Source of the DNA: Octopus bimaculoides | Taxonomy: Eukaryota | Length of the DNA stretch: 64,000 nt | Reading direction: 5' to 3' | Assembly: GCF_001194135.2 (NCBI RefSeq) | Contig: NC_068981.1 | Span: 85,622,152-85,686,151, forward strand | Part shown: positions 51,010 to 63,859 of the stretch, in pieces | Layout of the letters: every line of letters starts with the position of its first letter | Position numbering within the stretch: position 1 is the first letter of the stretch | Notes under the pieces: model-generated | The model's database searches: none | What the model saw: only the letters and a program-made list of their open reading frames with translations | Told to the model about the DNA's origin: nothing | Made by a program: the position numbers and the translations under genes

Positions 51010-53541
51010 CTACATTTTTATTAATAATTTTGGAAGAAAATTAAAACATCTTAGAACATCATCACAATAAATAAGGTATAATAGTGAAGCAATTTGAATA
51101 ACAAAACAAAGAAAAACAGTTATTCGTTCTCAAGTTTTATTTTTTTATATGTCACAGCTTCGCCAACAACCTTCATCCTATCCCTTCTGAACTCTTTATA
51201 GATGTATTTATTCTGTATTTACATGACAAACTGAACTATGAGTAAAAATTGTTCACAGGAGATTTATGTCAGTGATTAAGTCACAACTGAGCAATGAAAA
51301 TTTTGACACCTCAAGAAAAAAAGAAAAGTTAATCTAACAGTTTTTGTATGTTTTTAGATAGTTAAAAAGTGATGTATAATCTACATCTTCTGTGATGTAG
51401 ATTATTCAATTTCAACATTCTGTCTTAGATCAAGTCACTTTCTAAACAAGGACAACTCTGAAGTATGAAAAATATATTGCTGATGGACACATTATACAGT
51501 AATTTGAACATATAAAATTATTTAATTATAAGTCTCCTCTTGATATACACTTTAATCATAAATATAAAGACAGTATATACTATCACTGAATCACACAGAT
51601 GACATAACATGAATGATTATTCACACGTGTGTGTGTGTGTGTATGTGCATGCGCACGTATATATATATATATATATAAATATGAAACAATCAGTACTTAA
51701 CATATCAAGATGATTCAAGTCAGAATCTGAGACTTATGTCACTGACTTAGTAACTACAAGATTTATTCATAAATTTACTATTTATAGTAAATTGATAGTA
51801 ATTCTAAAAATTTAAATACCTACTGTATTTCATTAAAAAAATCCTTTACATTTTTGTTTTATTTCCCATTTACTATATAATTATTTGACACGCTTTATAG
51901 GTACTGGCATGGCTGTGGTGTTCAGAAGCTTGCTTTACAGCCATATGGTTTCGCGTTCAGTTCCAATGCACAGAACCTTGGAAAATATCTTCTGCTATGA
52001 CCCTGGGCCAACCAATGCCTTGTGTGTGAATTTACTACTACTAGTCATCTAATTTCAATTGGTAACACTATGAGGTTCCAGGACTCCATAGCATTTTCAA
52101 GAAGCTTAAGTGAGTTGATGAATCGCCAGTTCTATCACCTAGCAGTAATCCACTAACTGGATTAGTTGACCCTAGATTGACTGTTGACTGAAGAGGCTCT
52201 TCCAAGCAGACTGTGTCATGTAGATTCGCCAAAAGAAGATCATTCATTGAATGAAGACCAATACACCAAACTTCACATCTGCTATGCAGCTCTCAGGCTC
52301 AGGTATTTTTTGTCATTAAGATTAACTTCTCTATCAGTGTAAATTTAGTAGACCAAAACTGGGTGGAAGTCTATTGTATATTTGTGTAAGTGTGTGTGTG
52401 TGTATGTGTGTTCTTTGTGTTTGTCCCCTCCCTTACCACTTGACAACTGGTGTTGGCTTGTTCACATCTCCAAAACTTAGCAGTTTGGCAAGAGAGACCA
52501 ACACAATAAATACTAGACTTAAAAAAGTAAATAGTGGGGTCAGTTTCATCAGTTGAACCCTTTAAGGTGGTGCCCCTACATGGCTGCAATCCAGTGAATG
52601 AAACAAAGAAAAGAATAAGAGCATGCATTTTTAATGTTTAAATTTTTTTCTCCCTATCATTTAATATTTGTCTCAGATTTTTGCACAAGGCGAGCAAGTT
52701 CGGGGGTGGGGTTAAGTCAGTTACATCAACTCCAGTGTTCAACTGGTCTTTATTTATTAACCCCAAAAGGGATGAAAGACAAAGTCAATCTTGGTAGAAT
52801 TTGAAGAAAGAATGTAAAGATGAACAAAATGTCTATGAGCATTTTGTCTGGAAGGCTAACAACTCTGTCAGCTCAATGCCTTTCCTCTCTCTTATATTGA
52901 TACAAATCATCATCATCATCATCATCATCGTTTAACGTCCGCTTTCCATGCTAGTATGGGTTGGACGATTTGACTGAGGACTGGTGAACCAGATGGCTAC
53001 ACCAGGCTCCAATCTGATTTGGCAGAGTTTCTACAGTTGGATGCCCTTCCTAACGCCAACCACTCCGAGTGTGTAGTGGGTGCTTTTACGTGCCACCGGC
53101 ACGAAGGTCAGTCAGGAGGTACTGGCAACAGCCACGCTTGAAATGGTGTATTTTACATGCCACCTGCACAGGAGCCAGTCCAGCGGCACTGGCAACGAAC
53201 TCGCTCGAATGTCTTTTCACGTGCCACTGGCACAAGTGCCAGGAAGGCGACGTTGGTAACGATCACGCTCAAATGATGCTATTTACGTGCCCTCTGCACG
53301 GAAGCCAGACAGCTGGTGCTCTGGCAACGATCACGCTCGGACAGTGCTCTTAGTGATCTACTGGTACAGGTGCCCTCACGATTTCGCTTTCGCTTGCCCC
53401 AACAAGTCTTCGCAAGCTGAGCTTAGTGTTGAATGAAGAGACTTTGCAGACTAATAGCAAATGCCTTGTTTCTTATATAAATATATTATAAAAACCACTA
53501 ATGTGAACAAATTTGAACATGTAAAAGTGAATCATAATTAC

Positions 53542-53657
53542 ATTCATGCGAAAATTTGGTGGAAGTATTTTTCGTATTCAGTCTTTCATTCTTTAATTGT
53601 TCGAGTAAAATGTGATTTTCTTCTTTGATCAAATCAAGCTGCTGTTCAGCTAATGAT
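53542..53657 (-). CDS. CEP89: CEP89 coding exon
   Basis: tttacag|...|gtaatt. (R)SLAEQQLDLIKEENHILLEQLKNERLNTKNTSTKFSHE, cf. [21 protein letters not shown]. Phase 2->1. Confidence 0.93.
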
Positions 53658-54011
53658 CTGTAAAGATATTTTACATAATTATAAAATGTTAACATCTTGA
53701 AATCTTCAGAGAGAACCAGGTCAAAAAATTATGCAGTTTATTAAACTACTAAGAACAAAATGAATGAACGAACGAACAAATGAATGAATGTGTCTTTAAT
53801 ATTTCAATGCTTAGTAGCCTCCTAGTACATAATCCTTGCCTATATATTTCAGGCTGTTTACCATTTGAAGTGAAAAATATTTTGCTGTAAATTAGTTAAG
53901 ATTTGTAAAACTCCTCTATACATTAGTTATACTATAATAACAATGAATGAAGTAACACATTAATTGTATAATTACAGAGTGATCTTTAAAAAACATATTA
54001 TGAGTAATATA

Positions 54012-54230
54012 TACGAGGGGATGCTGAAAAGTTCCTAGCTTTGGGTAAAAGAAAATACAGGAGGATCAGTTAATTTATGAATTTACTCAACATATTCCCC
54101 TCTCAGATTCACACACTTATTGCAGAAGTCCTTCAGTTTTTCTAAGCCCTTAAAAGAACTCGGAAGGTTAGGCCTCCAACCAGGCCTTTCATGATATCCT
54201 TAAGGCCAGGAACTTTTCAGCACCCCCACC
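54012..54230. mobile_element. mariner-type MITE
   Basis: ta-cgaggggatgctgaaaagttcctagc ... gccaggaacttttcagcaccccc TIRs. Confidence 0.8.
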
Positions 54231-54319
54231 CATATAATTCTTTAAAGAAAATAACATCTCTTTTCACATCAAATTAAATCTTCAATTTTAGTTTTGGATG
54301 ACTAAATGATTAAAGAAAC

Positions 54320-54429
54320 CTTTCAAAAACTTTGCTGCTTCCAGATGTCAATTTATCTAGTTTCTCATGCAATAAATCGCTCTCACCAACTAATTCTTTG
54401 CATCTCTTTGATAAATGTTCAATTTCTTC
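54320..54429 (-). CDS. CEP89: CEP89 coding exon (weak donor)
   Basis: gtcttttag|...AG|gtttct. EEIEHLSKRCKELVGESDLLHEKLDKLTSGSSKVFE(R). Phase 0->2 fits both neighbours. Confidence 0.85.
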
Positions 54430-57003
54430 CTAAAAGACATAATAATAATAATAANNNNNNNNNNNNNNNNNNNNNNNNNNNNNNNNNNNNNNNNNNNNNN
54501 NNNNNNNNNNNNNNNNNNNNNNNNNNNNNNNNNNNNNNNNNNNNNNNNNNNNNNNNNNNNNNNNNNNNNNNNNNNNNNNNNNNNNNNNNNNNNNNNNNNN
54601 NNNNNNNNNNNNNNNNNNNNNNNNNNNNNNNNNNNNNNNNNNNNNNNNNNNNNNNNNTGTGTGTGTGTATGTGTGTGTGTGTGTTGCATCTATAGAAATC
54701 CACACCTTACAAGATAGCAATCTGGGAGTCGCACCAATGGATTCCTCATGGTCGAAAATGCCCGGAATCGGCCATTTGTTTTTGTTTTTTTTGGTTGCTT
54801 CCTAACACATGAATTTTTGCATTAAAAATAATTTTAAACCATCAATTCTAACAATTTTCAAATTGCCAAATTTTTGATATACCAGTCCACAGTTGGCCAA
54901 TAGACATAGCTCCTCAGCAGAGCTTTCATTCATGACATTCCCAGGTGTCTGCTGTGGAATCGCTGCAATATATGATTTTGTATTGTAGTCAGTACTACAA
55001 CTTTTTGCGCATACATCAGAATATCGTTGCATATTGAGAAACTACTTGAATTTGTATTCTTATTCTGCTTATTTTTTAATGCTTCTTTCATTTTTGTAAT
55101 ATACTCATCACCTACAGATTTCAATTTTATATCCTGTGCAGTCATTGGCAGTTCTTGGATAACATTAGTCATAATAATTTTTATTTCATTTTCTGCTAAC
55201 ATTACAGCCATCATGGTGTCTTCTGGTGGTTCTGTATTTTGGGGAATTAGTCTCGATAGACAATCTGCATGACCAATTTTTTTCAATGGAATATACTACA
55301 TTTTGAAATTGTAATTTAGTAATATTATACCCAACATTGTAGTTGGTTTGCTGTATGGGTAGGTAACCCTTTCTTTGATCCATAAATTGATAGCAATGGT
55401 CAATGATCTGTGTGTAACAGAAAACTTCTACCATGTAGGAACTTGTGAAATTTTTTCACCACAAAGATAATTGATAAGGCTTCTTTTTCTATCTGACTAT
55501 AGTTTTTTTCTTCAATTCCTCAGACGATTTATTTTTAATAGGACAACCATTTATGTTTTTGCAGTAGAGATTTATGGGGAGGTGCCATAAGTCAAATAGC
55601 TCCAATCAGTCTGTACCAAACAGATTGGTTATGTTCTCCACAATGAATATTCTTGCTTCATGTGTTTTTCCTCGAAATGTGATGTGTGTACACAATTCAC
55701 CCATGAAATGTAATTTATCACCTGTCAAGTCATGCACAATTTTCACTGTTTTATGTAACATCAGTTTCCTGATTTTTCTCCATGTATCCGCATTTATGAT
55801 TGAAATAACAACAAACAAGATGAGGACGAATATCCGTCAAATGTAGATAATGTAAATAATGTATATTACTACCTGTTTTCAACTGTAGTTTAATATTTAC
55901 ACTATTTATTTTTATGTGTACAAATTTTCTTGTTTTTGTGTCGTATTCACTTTCTGCTGAAAGTACCTTAGAACTTTTTGTGTTTGACTCTCGTAAACTT
56001 GCCCCACAGTGCGAGCTCTTGTGACCAAGGTTCTGACAATTATAGCATGTTTGGTTTTTAAATGGACATTCTTTTCTGAAGTGTAGGCCTCCACATCTGT
56101 AACATGGATTAGGACCTGGCACTCTTTTTTGGTTGTACTTTCCAGGTCAACATATCTGTATTTTTGTGGAATCTTTCTCTTGAATTTTTTCACGTCATGC
56201 TTCAGGTTTACCATTGTTTGACATTCTTCTGCAATGGTCTGTAGAATTAAGTCTTGGTTCGCTTGCTCTATTTTTGAGAGAATCCTTGCCCGAATTTCTC
56301 TATGTTCGATTGCCATAAGGCCTTGTATGAAGATAAGCAATTTAAAGATATCCTGAGTAAGTTCCTGAAGTTTCAAGCTTTCATACAAACAGTTGACTAC
56401 TCCAGCATATATAATAAAGTCATCATCATCACTTTTGTTAAGTTCCAACACTCCATTCAAGTGTTAAATGATGAACTTTTGTCACAAAAGATCTTTGATA
56501 TTAATTCAATAGTCTCACTTTATTTTTCTCACTTGACTAATCTCACTTGACTTTTTGAGCAATATAAAGTTACAGTAGCATTCATGCTTGGCCAGAGCTA
56601 CCTTGTGTAGTAATAGCCTCACTTTCTCCTCATCCAACCATGACTTGCAATCTTTGTTAAAAATTTCCTCATACCTTCAATAGTACACAGGAAATGTAAT
56701 ACCCTCCTCTGAATTATAAGTGATTTCAGAAATTGAGTTTGCCAGGCCGTCTGGTGTAAACAAACTTACAGAATTTTTGAACTTCTTTGACTGTAACTCA
56801 ATTAACTGTTGTTATTGTTGTAATATTTGCTTCTGCAACTTCTGTAGTTGTTCCTGTTGCTTCTCTTGAAGCTGTATTACTGCAGCTAATAGGTTATCCA
56901 TAATTTGACAATTTGTGTGTCATACAAATTTGTATGACACACAAATTGCCAAACAAATTTGAATGACGCACAAATTGTCAAATAACCTACATGAGCTTCG
57001 AAA

Positions 57004-57016
57004 AATCCTCGTCGCC
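57004..57016 (-). other. Primer-binding site TGGCGACGAGGAT complementary to tRNA-Ser(GCU) 3' end
   Basis: Plus strand ATCCTCGTCGCCA equals the 3' end of eukaryotic tRNA-Ser(GCU) plus CCA (from recall). Confidence 0.75.
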
Positions 57017-57018
57017 AG

Positions 57019-57391
57019 ATGTTATATCTTTATGCCTCCAATATTGTAGTACAGTTGATATTGTCAACGATAGATAAAGAATACACTGTAACAGTGTTAT
57101 AACAATACAAAATGGAAACAGCAGCAGTAACAAACAAGTAACGAACCAACAATCTTTTATGAACCGACAATCAATATTTCCAACACACTAACTTGAACTG
57201 TAAACTGTACCTGGACATCGAAAACCAAACTACAAACTGTCAACTATGTCAGACTGCTACTATTTATATGTAGTGGTCCCGTCTATTCTCATCAGAGAGT
57301 GTCATACCCTCGTACAACACGCTCTGAAGGAGTGGACATAATGACAGGAGAATTCCATCAGATTTATTCAAAACTTTTTGCCACATTAACA
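57019..57391 (-). repeat. Gypsy 5' LTR (TG...CA, tgtta/taaca ends)
   Basis: About 373 bp bounded by tgttat...attaaca, 2 nt from the PBS. Confidence 0.75.
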
Positions 57392-57638
57392 TAATTTATT
57401 TCTTTATTTTATTGCATACACTTTTGTTGAGCTAAACCCTTGTAGTCTGCCTGGAATGTAATAATTAAATTCCCTTAACTATGAAGACAGACTGGTGCTT
57501 AGCTTCTAACTTGGTTGCTTGAGACTGCTACATAAAGATAAATTTTCTAAAAATATAAAGCAATGTTTGCTATAGAATAAATCATATAATATCACAGACA
57601 ATATCATCTTCAAAATTTATACTTATCCAAAAATTTAC

Positions 57639-57722
57639 TTTGTATGTTGCAATATTCTTTTCTTGTTGACTTGTTTGTTTTTCATATTCAAATATTAAAG
57701 GTGACAAGTATTTGGTACTAAT
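57639..57722 (-). CDS. CEP89: CEP89 coding exon
   Basis: ccttttcag|...|gtaaat. ISTKYLSPLIFEYEKQTSQQEKNIATYK, cf. DIKYLSPLLLAYED. Phase 0->0. Confidence 0.93.
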
Positions 57723-58153
57723 CTGAAAAGGAAGAAAATAATTATCAATCAATATTTGAAATAAGATTATAAACATTTAATACTGGCCAGTCTATGCAAT
57801 GCTTTTATCACTATTTCATTCTAGACAGTTCTATATATAGAAAAATAACTTGATTTTAATTAGAAAAGTATGCTAGCTTTCATGGCATTTAGTCTTCAAA
57901 TACAGTTTTTATTTCTACCTTAACTACAGCTGTTTGATTTTAACATCATATAGAAATCAAACAAGCTCAAAATTGAAACAATTTCAGAAATTCTAATCAT
58001 ATCTTTTAATTCAGGTATAGAATAACAGTAAAAAAGAATCATTCATTATTCTACTATAAACTTAAGATGTCTCGAGAGAGTCATTATGCAAATAGCAATC
58101 ACATGCACTGGTTCAATTTCACTTCTTTATTGTTGTAAGTCAATTGGTTAATC

Positions 58154-58470
58154 TTCTTCTTCTTCCGCCCTTTTAAAGCCTAGCCAGGCTCATGGGCTCG
58201 GTTTCCCGGTTTCTATGGTGTATATGCTCCCCTCCCCAGCTGGACGGGACACCAGTCCATCGCAGCATTACTCAAGAAACAGGAAGAAAGAGTGAGAGAA
58301 AGTTGGGGCGAAAGAGTACAACAGGGGTCGCCACCACCCCCTGCCGGAGCCTCGTGGAGCTTTAGGTGCTTTCACCCAATAAACACACACAACGCCTGGT
58401 CTGGGAATCGAAACAGGTTTCCTCCGACCATGAGTCCGCTGCCCTAACCACTGGGCCATTGCGCCTCCAC
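58154..58470 (-). mobile_element. tRNA-derived SINE, same head, different tail, 13-bp TSD caattggttaatc
   Basis: TSD at 58141-58153 and 58471-58483; (GAA)n tail. Confidence 0.9.
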
Positions 58471-58698
58471 CAATTGGTTAATCATATACCCAATTAACCA
58501 TTCGATGTATTTGATCAAATGTTTGGTCAATCAATCCATCAGCTAGGTTTGTCAAAGTCCTTTCATTACCAATTACAACCTCATTAATGACACGCCCTCT
58601 CTACTCCATCTCTGACTGAGGTCTGCTTGTCCTTAAGATTTTGTTTTCCAAAAATTTAACAACAAAGAAAGGAAAATTTAATGCAATTTCTTACTCAC

Positions 58699-58749
58699 AA
58701 GCCACGAAGGAATTGGACCTTCATTTGGTAAACCAACAATGTTGTGACC
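58699..58749 (-). CDS. CEP89: CEP89 coding exon
   Basis: cttatctag|...|gtgagt. GHNIVGLPNEGPIPSWL, cf. CEP89 NIEGLPSKGPIPPWL. Phase 0->0. Confidence 0.93.
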
Positions 58750-59265
58750 CTAGATAAGAACAACAACAACAACACATAATCAACTTCAAAAATAAATAAA
58801 TGAAAATATTTTTTTATTAAGTTTTACCTGGTTTTAATGTTTGAAGATGTGCATATGTATGTGCTATGTGCTTGCACAAGTGTTTAGGTGTGTGTGTGTG
58901 TGCATGTGCCCTAATGTTTTGCATCTAAGTTTGAAAAGTTGATTTAAAATACTGAACTATTATTGTTATTTTTTGAGACAGAAAGCCATAAACTTGCTAT
59001 AATACAGCAAGTGTATGCAAGTATGTCCAAAAAAGGATCATACCACTTACTACATATGCTGCTAATTATCAAATATGCCATTGGCACATAAAAAGCACCA
59101 ACCGAACGTGACCAATGCCAGCACCCCGACTGGCCCCTGTGCCAGTGGCACGTAAAAAGCACCATCTGAATGTGATCGATGCCAGGCCCACCCGACTGAC
59201 TCCTGTGCCAGTGGCACATAAAAAGCACCCACTACACTCTCGGAGTGGTTGGTGTTAGGAAGGGC

Positions 59266-59967
59266 TACCGGATCTAGTTCAAAACAGGGGCGCCAGTATT
59301 TTCTTAATGAAACACTTTGAAACTTGGGACACTGGTAGAATGTGTCATAGTCTTCTTAAGAAAAATTAATATATTGCAACTTATTTCATGTTAAAGTTGT
59401 CGTATTTCTGTAATTTCAACCAATCACTGACGTCCATTCAGCCGAATACAGTAAGTGCTGACTACGTAAACAAACGATTCTCAAAAGATTCTGGCGGTGA
59501 TAAAATTATTATTTCCTTGTCAAAAAATGGCTGAAGCATATTGGCAGTAGCTAATAAACCTTTCTATTATAGGCACAAGGCCTGGTTTTTGAGGGAAGGG
59601 TTAGGGTTAGGGCAAATGTTGTACACATACAGTTCAGGCAGATGTTAACGAAATTATATTAAACATAAAACGAAGGAAAACGAACATACGTGTGTTGCCT
59701 CTCTGCAAAATGTCAGAAGTAATGGAGATTAAATNNNNNNNNNNCTGCCAAAGGAGTAACTGTAAACAGCTGAATACTTGTCAGTGATTGGTTGAAATTA
59801 TTGAAATAAGACAATTTTTTACATGAAATAACTTCAAATACAAAAATTTTTTCTGTTCTATAACACAAAATAGATAAGTATACGAAGTTTGAAAGTCTTT
59901 CGGTACCAAAAACACTACATAAAACATAAATGAAAACTGGTGCCCCCGTTTTGAACTAGATTCGGGC
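59266..59967. mobile_element. Related foldback element inserted into a (GAT)n-tailed SINE
   Basis: TIR taccggatctagttcaaaac / gttttgaactagattcgg. Subterminal sequence shared with 25378-26132. Splits the SINE motif ggaagggc|..|ccagctgtag. Confidence 0.85.
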
Positions 59968-60190
59968 AACCAGCTGTAGAAACTCTGCCAAATCAGATTG
60001 GAGCCTGGTGTAGCCATCCGGTTTCACCAGTCCTCAGTCAAATTGTCCAACCCATGCTAGCATGGAAAGCGGACGTTAAACAATGATGATGATGATGATG
60101 ATGATGATACCATAGGAAAACTAGCAGATATTTCCAATTGATAAGGTATCAGTTTCTACTTTATACAGAATCTTGATGATGACTATAATA

Positions 60191-60240
<50 letters not shown>

Positions 60241-62175
60241 AATAATAATAATAATAATAATAATCCTTTCTGCTATAGGCACAAGGCCTGAAATTTGGTG
60301 GGAGGGGGCCAGTCGCCAGTCGATTAGGTTGAAACCAGTACACAACTGGTACTTAATTTATCGACTGAAAGGATGAAAGGCAAAGTCAACCTCAGCAGAA
60401 TTTGAACTCAGAATATAAAGACAGATGAAATATCGCTAAGCATTTCGCCTAGTGTGCTAACAATTTTGCCAGCTCATTGCCATAATAATAATAATAATAA
60501 TGGTTTCAAATTTTGGCACATGGCCAACAAGTTTGGGGGAGGGGGTAAGTTGATTACATTGACCCCAGTGCTCAACTTGTACTTATTTTATCGACCCCAA
60601 AATGACGAAAAGCAAAGTCAACCTCAGTGGAATTTGAACTCAGAACGTAGAGACAAATGAAATGCCACTAAGCATATTGCCCGGTGTGCTAATGATTTTG
60701 CCAGCTCACTGCCTTAATGGCCTTTGAAATATTGATGATACTCATTCTATCATTCATTTTACACTAAATAATTAACGATAAAAACTCAGGAAATTTGAAG
60801 TCATGTGAGTACTTCCTTGATAAAAATCAACCGCTCTGTTGTTAATCAAAATTATTTTATCATACAATCTTCAATAATTTCTTCTTGAGATATATATACT
60901 TTTTTTAAACTGTCATTCACACTATGTTCGTTTTCCAATTGCCATTCCACTTTCAAACATCTATTTTTCCATCTTTTCTTTCCTCTTTTACTTGTTTCAG
61001 TCATTGGACTATGACCACACAAACCCTTGAAGGGTTTAGTCAAACAAATCAATCCTAGCTGTCAAATGGTTATGAGGGACAAACACAAATACACATCCTC
61101 CTCCCATACACAACAAGTTACCTCACAGTTTCCATCTACCAAATTCCCTCACAAGGCAATGGTTGGCCCAGGGCTATAGTAAAAGACACTTGCCCAAGGT
61201 GCTGCACAGTGGAACTGAACCCTAAAATACATGGTTGCAAAGCAAGCTTCATTTGGTATATTGGATTAACTCCAAGGTTATAATGTTGGTTATATCAATT
61301 ACATAGTATAAAATTATAGTTTACATTGTTTATAAAACAGCTGTTTTCACAGTGCTGGCCATAGAGTAGCAACTATGTCAAAGGAACAAAAGACCTTTGC
61401 AATTAACACAAACATAGGTACAGGTGTTACTCACAGACACAGGCATGATTATGTGGTAAGCAGTTTGCTTCCCAACCACATGGATCTGGGTTCAATCTTA
61501 CTGTATGGTACCTTGAGCAAGTGTTTTCTACCATGGCCCCAGGCCAACGCCTTGTGAGTATATTTGGTAGATAGAAACTGAAAGAAGTCTGTCACATATG
61601 CATATGTGTGTGTGGTGCGTTGAATGTGTGTGTCTTTCTCTCTGTCCCCCCCAGCAATGGATTATCAGAATATCTTTAGAGCACAGAACAAAGTGCCTTG
61701 TGGTATTTATTCCAAGTCTTAACATTCTGAGTTCAAATCCTGCTAAGATCAACTTTGCCTTTAACCCTTCAGGGATCAATATAATAAAATACCTATGAAA
61801 TACTGGAGTAGATAAAAATCAACTGTTCCGTTTTCCCAAATATATAAGAAAACAATTATAACTAAGCCTAATTATTCCAAAGGATATTTTGTGTTTTTGC
61901 TGACACAGTTTGTAGAGACGAACAATAAAGAAGCTTGTTGTTGTTGCTATTGGTGTAGGTGGTGGTTAGCCAAATCAGCCCTGATTAAACATAACTATAA
62001 TCAAAAACACACCAGCCATGACCACATCATTGGATGTTGGGGTGGGTTTTTTAAAAAATTTTTCAGACACAATCATAGGGACCACATTATTCAATTTATC
62101 CTATTTTTTGTATAATAGAAGACTGAGGTTTGAGAGAGATTTTGTTCTATTTCTAGGTAGTGCAACTCTATGCAG

Positions 62176-62455
62176 CAGGCATGGGCAACCTTTCTATCGT
62201 AGCTAGAAGGGGGCTGAGGGGGCAGCACCACTTTTGAGTCTGCTGTAGGCAGTATATATATTTTTGTGAGGGTCCAGAGGCAGCAAACTAAAGAGCAGCC
62301 CTGGGTGGCACACACTCTAGCTACACTAGTGAGAAGTGGACCACATGGGACATGGATCTTCATCGCACAGGTCACACTACTAAAAAATTCATGGTAAGTT
62401 TTCATGAGGCATGCCATTCAGAAAGTCCTACAAGCTGCAGTTTGCCATCATACGT
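62176..62455. mobile_element. Degraded hAT-type MITE
   Basis: Begins CAGGCATGGGCAACC; decayed right end gtttgccatcat. Confidence 0.45.
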
Positions 62456-62948
62456 ACATCTATATGTATGATGGTATCTGGTCTAGTAGATAGGGGTGCT
62501 GCACTCGCAAGAGCTTGGTTTTGAGTCCAAGACTGTGTTGCGAGTTGAGTTCTGGAGCAAAACACTTCATTTCACTTTGTTCCAGTTCACTCTGATGACC
62601 CCCGTTCGGGGGGGGGGGGGTAATCGCGGTCACTGAATTGGTATGGAAACCGACAATTCAGGATCCTCCATTATTATCAAGGGATGTAAGATCAATTAAA
62701 TAGTTTAGTCATAATTAAATAAAATAATAAGTAATTATTTAAATAAACATATCTACTAATATGACTATTATACTTTTTTTTTTATTGTTTTCAATTATTT
62801 TTGTACATGGGATTTTTTAATGATAAACACAGGTGGTGTTCCAGCATAGCCACAATCACATGACTGAAACAAGTAAAAGAATAAAAGAATATATGTTATA
62901 GAAAATTTAAGCTTGGGATGTAATATGCAAATATGAAGAAAAATTTAC

Positions 62949-63076
62949 TTCTTTTAGGACTTCAGCACAACCAAATTTCGCTTGATATTTACTCAGTTCT
63001 CTGTTTAATTTGTAAACTAAATCTCGTAAATCCTTTAACTCTGCTTTCAGTTGTTGTATTCGAGATTTATCAGAAT
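62949..63076 (-). CDS. CEP89: CEP89 coding exon (most 5' in window)
   Basis: aaattacag|...|gtaaat. (D)SDKSRIQQLKAELKDLRDLVYKLNRELSKYQAKFGCAEVLKE, cf. CEP89 ..IHRLNVELSRYQTKFR. Phase 1->0. Confidence 0.9.
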
Positions 63077-63859
63077 CTGTAATTTCCAACAAAAAATAAA
63101 TAAATAAATAAATCAGTAAAAAAGAACAAAATGAAATGAAAAAGAGTAAAAGGAAAACAAGCAATTTGTCCATTGCTAATTTATATTTTTGAATTTGGAT
63201 TAAATTAACTTGACTTCTATTAATCCTTTGCTATTTTCATAAGATGTAAGTCCTCACATACTCTTCTATTCTATTCTTGGCTTGAATGGCTACCTCAGGC
63301 ACCAGCACCCTTTGCACCCATCAGGATGAAGAGGCTCAACCACTCGCTACAGATTAACTACTCAGATATAAATTAATGCCACCAACAACAATGTTCTCAC
63401 ATTCACACACACACACACTATCTCTTTCTATCTTCTACCATTTACTTGTTTCATGCATTGGACTGCAGCCAAGCTGGGGCACCTCCTTGAAGGGGTTTAG
63501 TCAAATAAAATCTAATAGTTATTTTGAAGTCTGGTACTTATTCTATCAGCCTCTTTTGCTGAACCACTAAGTTATGGGGGGACATAAACAAACAAACACC
63601 ACTTGTCAAGTGGCAGTGGGAGACAATCACAAACACAAAGTCATGCATTCATACACAAACATACACACATATACAACAGGCTTCTATAGTTTCTGCTTAC
63701 CAAATTCCTTCACAGGCATTTATTGGCTCAAAGCTACAGTAGAAGACACCTACCCAAGGTATCATGCAGTGGCACTGAACCCAAAACAACAGAATCGCAA
63801 AGCAAACTTCTAAATCACACACCCAAGTTTAGTAATAAGATTTGATTCAAGAAGATTGT

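Larger units (their letters stand above)
54800..57391 (-). mobile_element. Decayed Ty3/Gypsy LTR retrotransposon: 5' LTR, PBS, gag, protease, RNaseH end, integrase zinc finger; RT deleted, 3' truncated
   Basis: Gag DDFIIYAGVVN..LIFIQGL, twin knuckles CYRCGGLH..C / CYNCQNLGHKSSHC, protease L(K)TGS..ISIIN, TDH.PL..HADCLSRL, HxxHLG...YVYWP. Confidence 0.93.

Noticed and set aside
59080-59230. Repeat-spacer-like array resembling CRISPR
   Set aside because: The spacers are homologous to each other (tandem units inside a SINE), the context is eukaryotic, and there are no cas genes.
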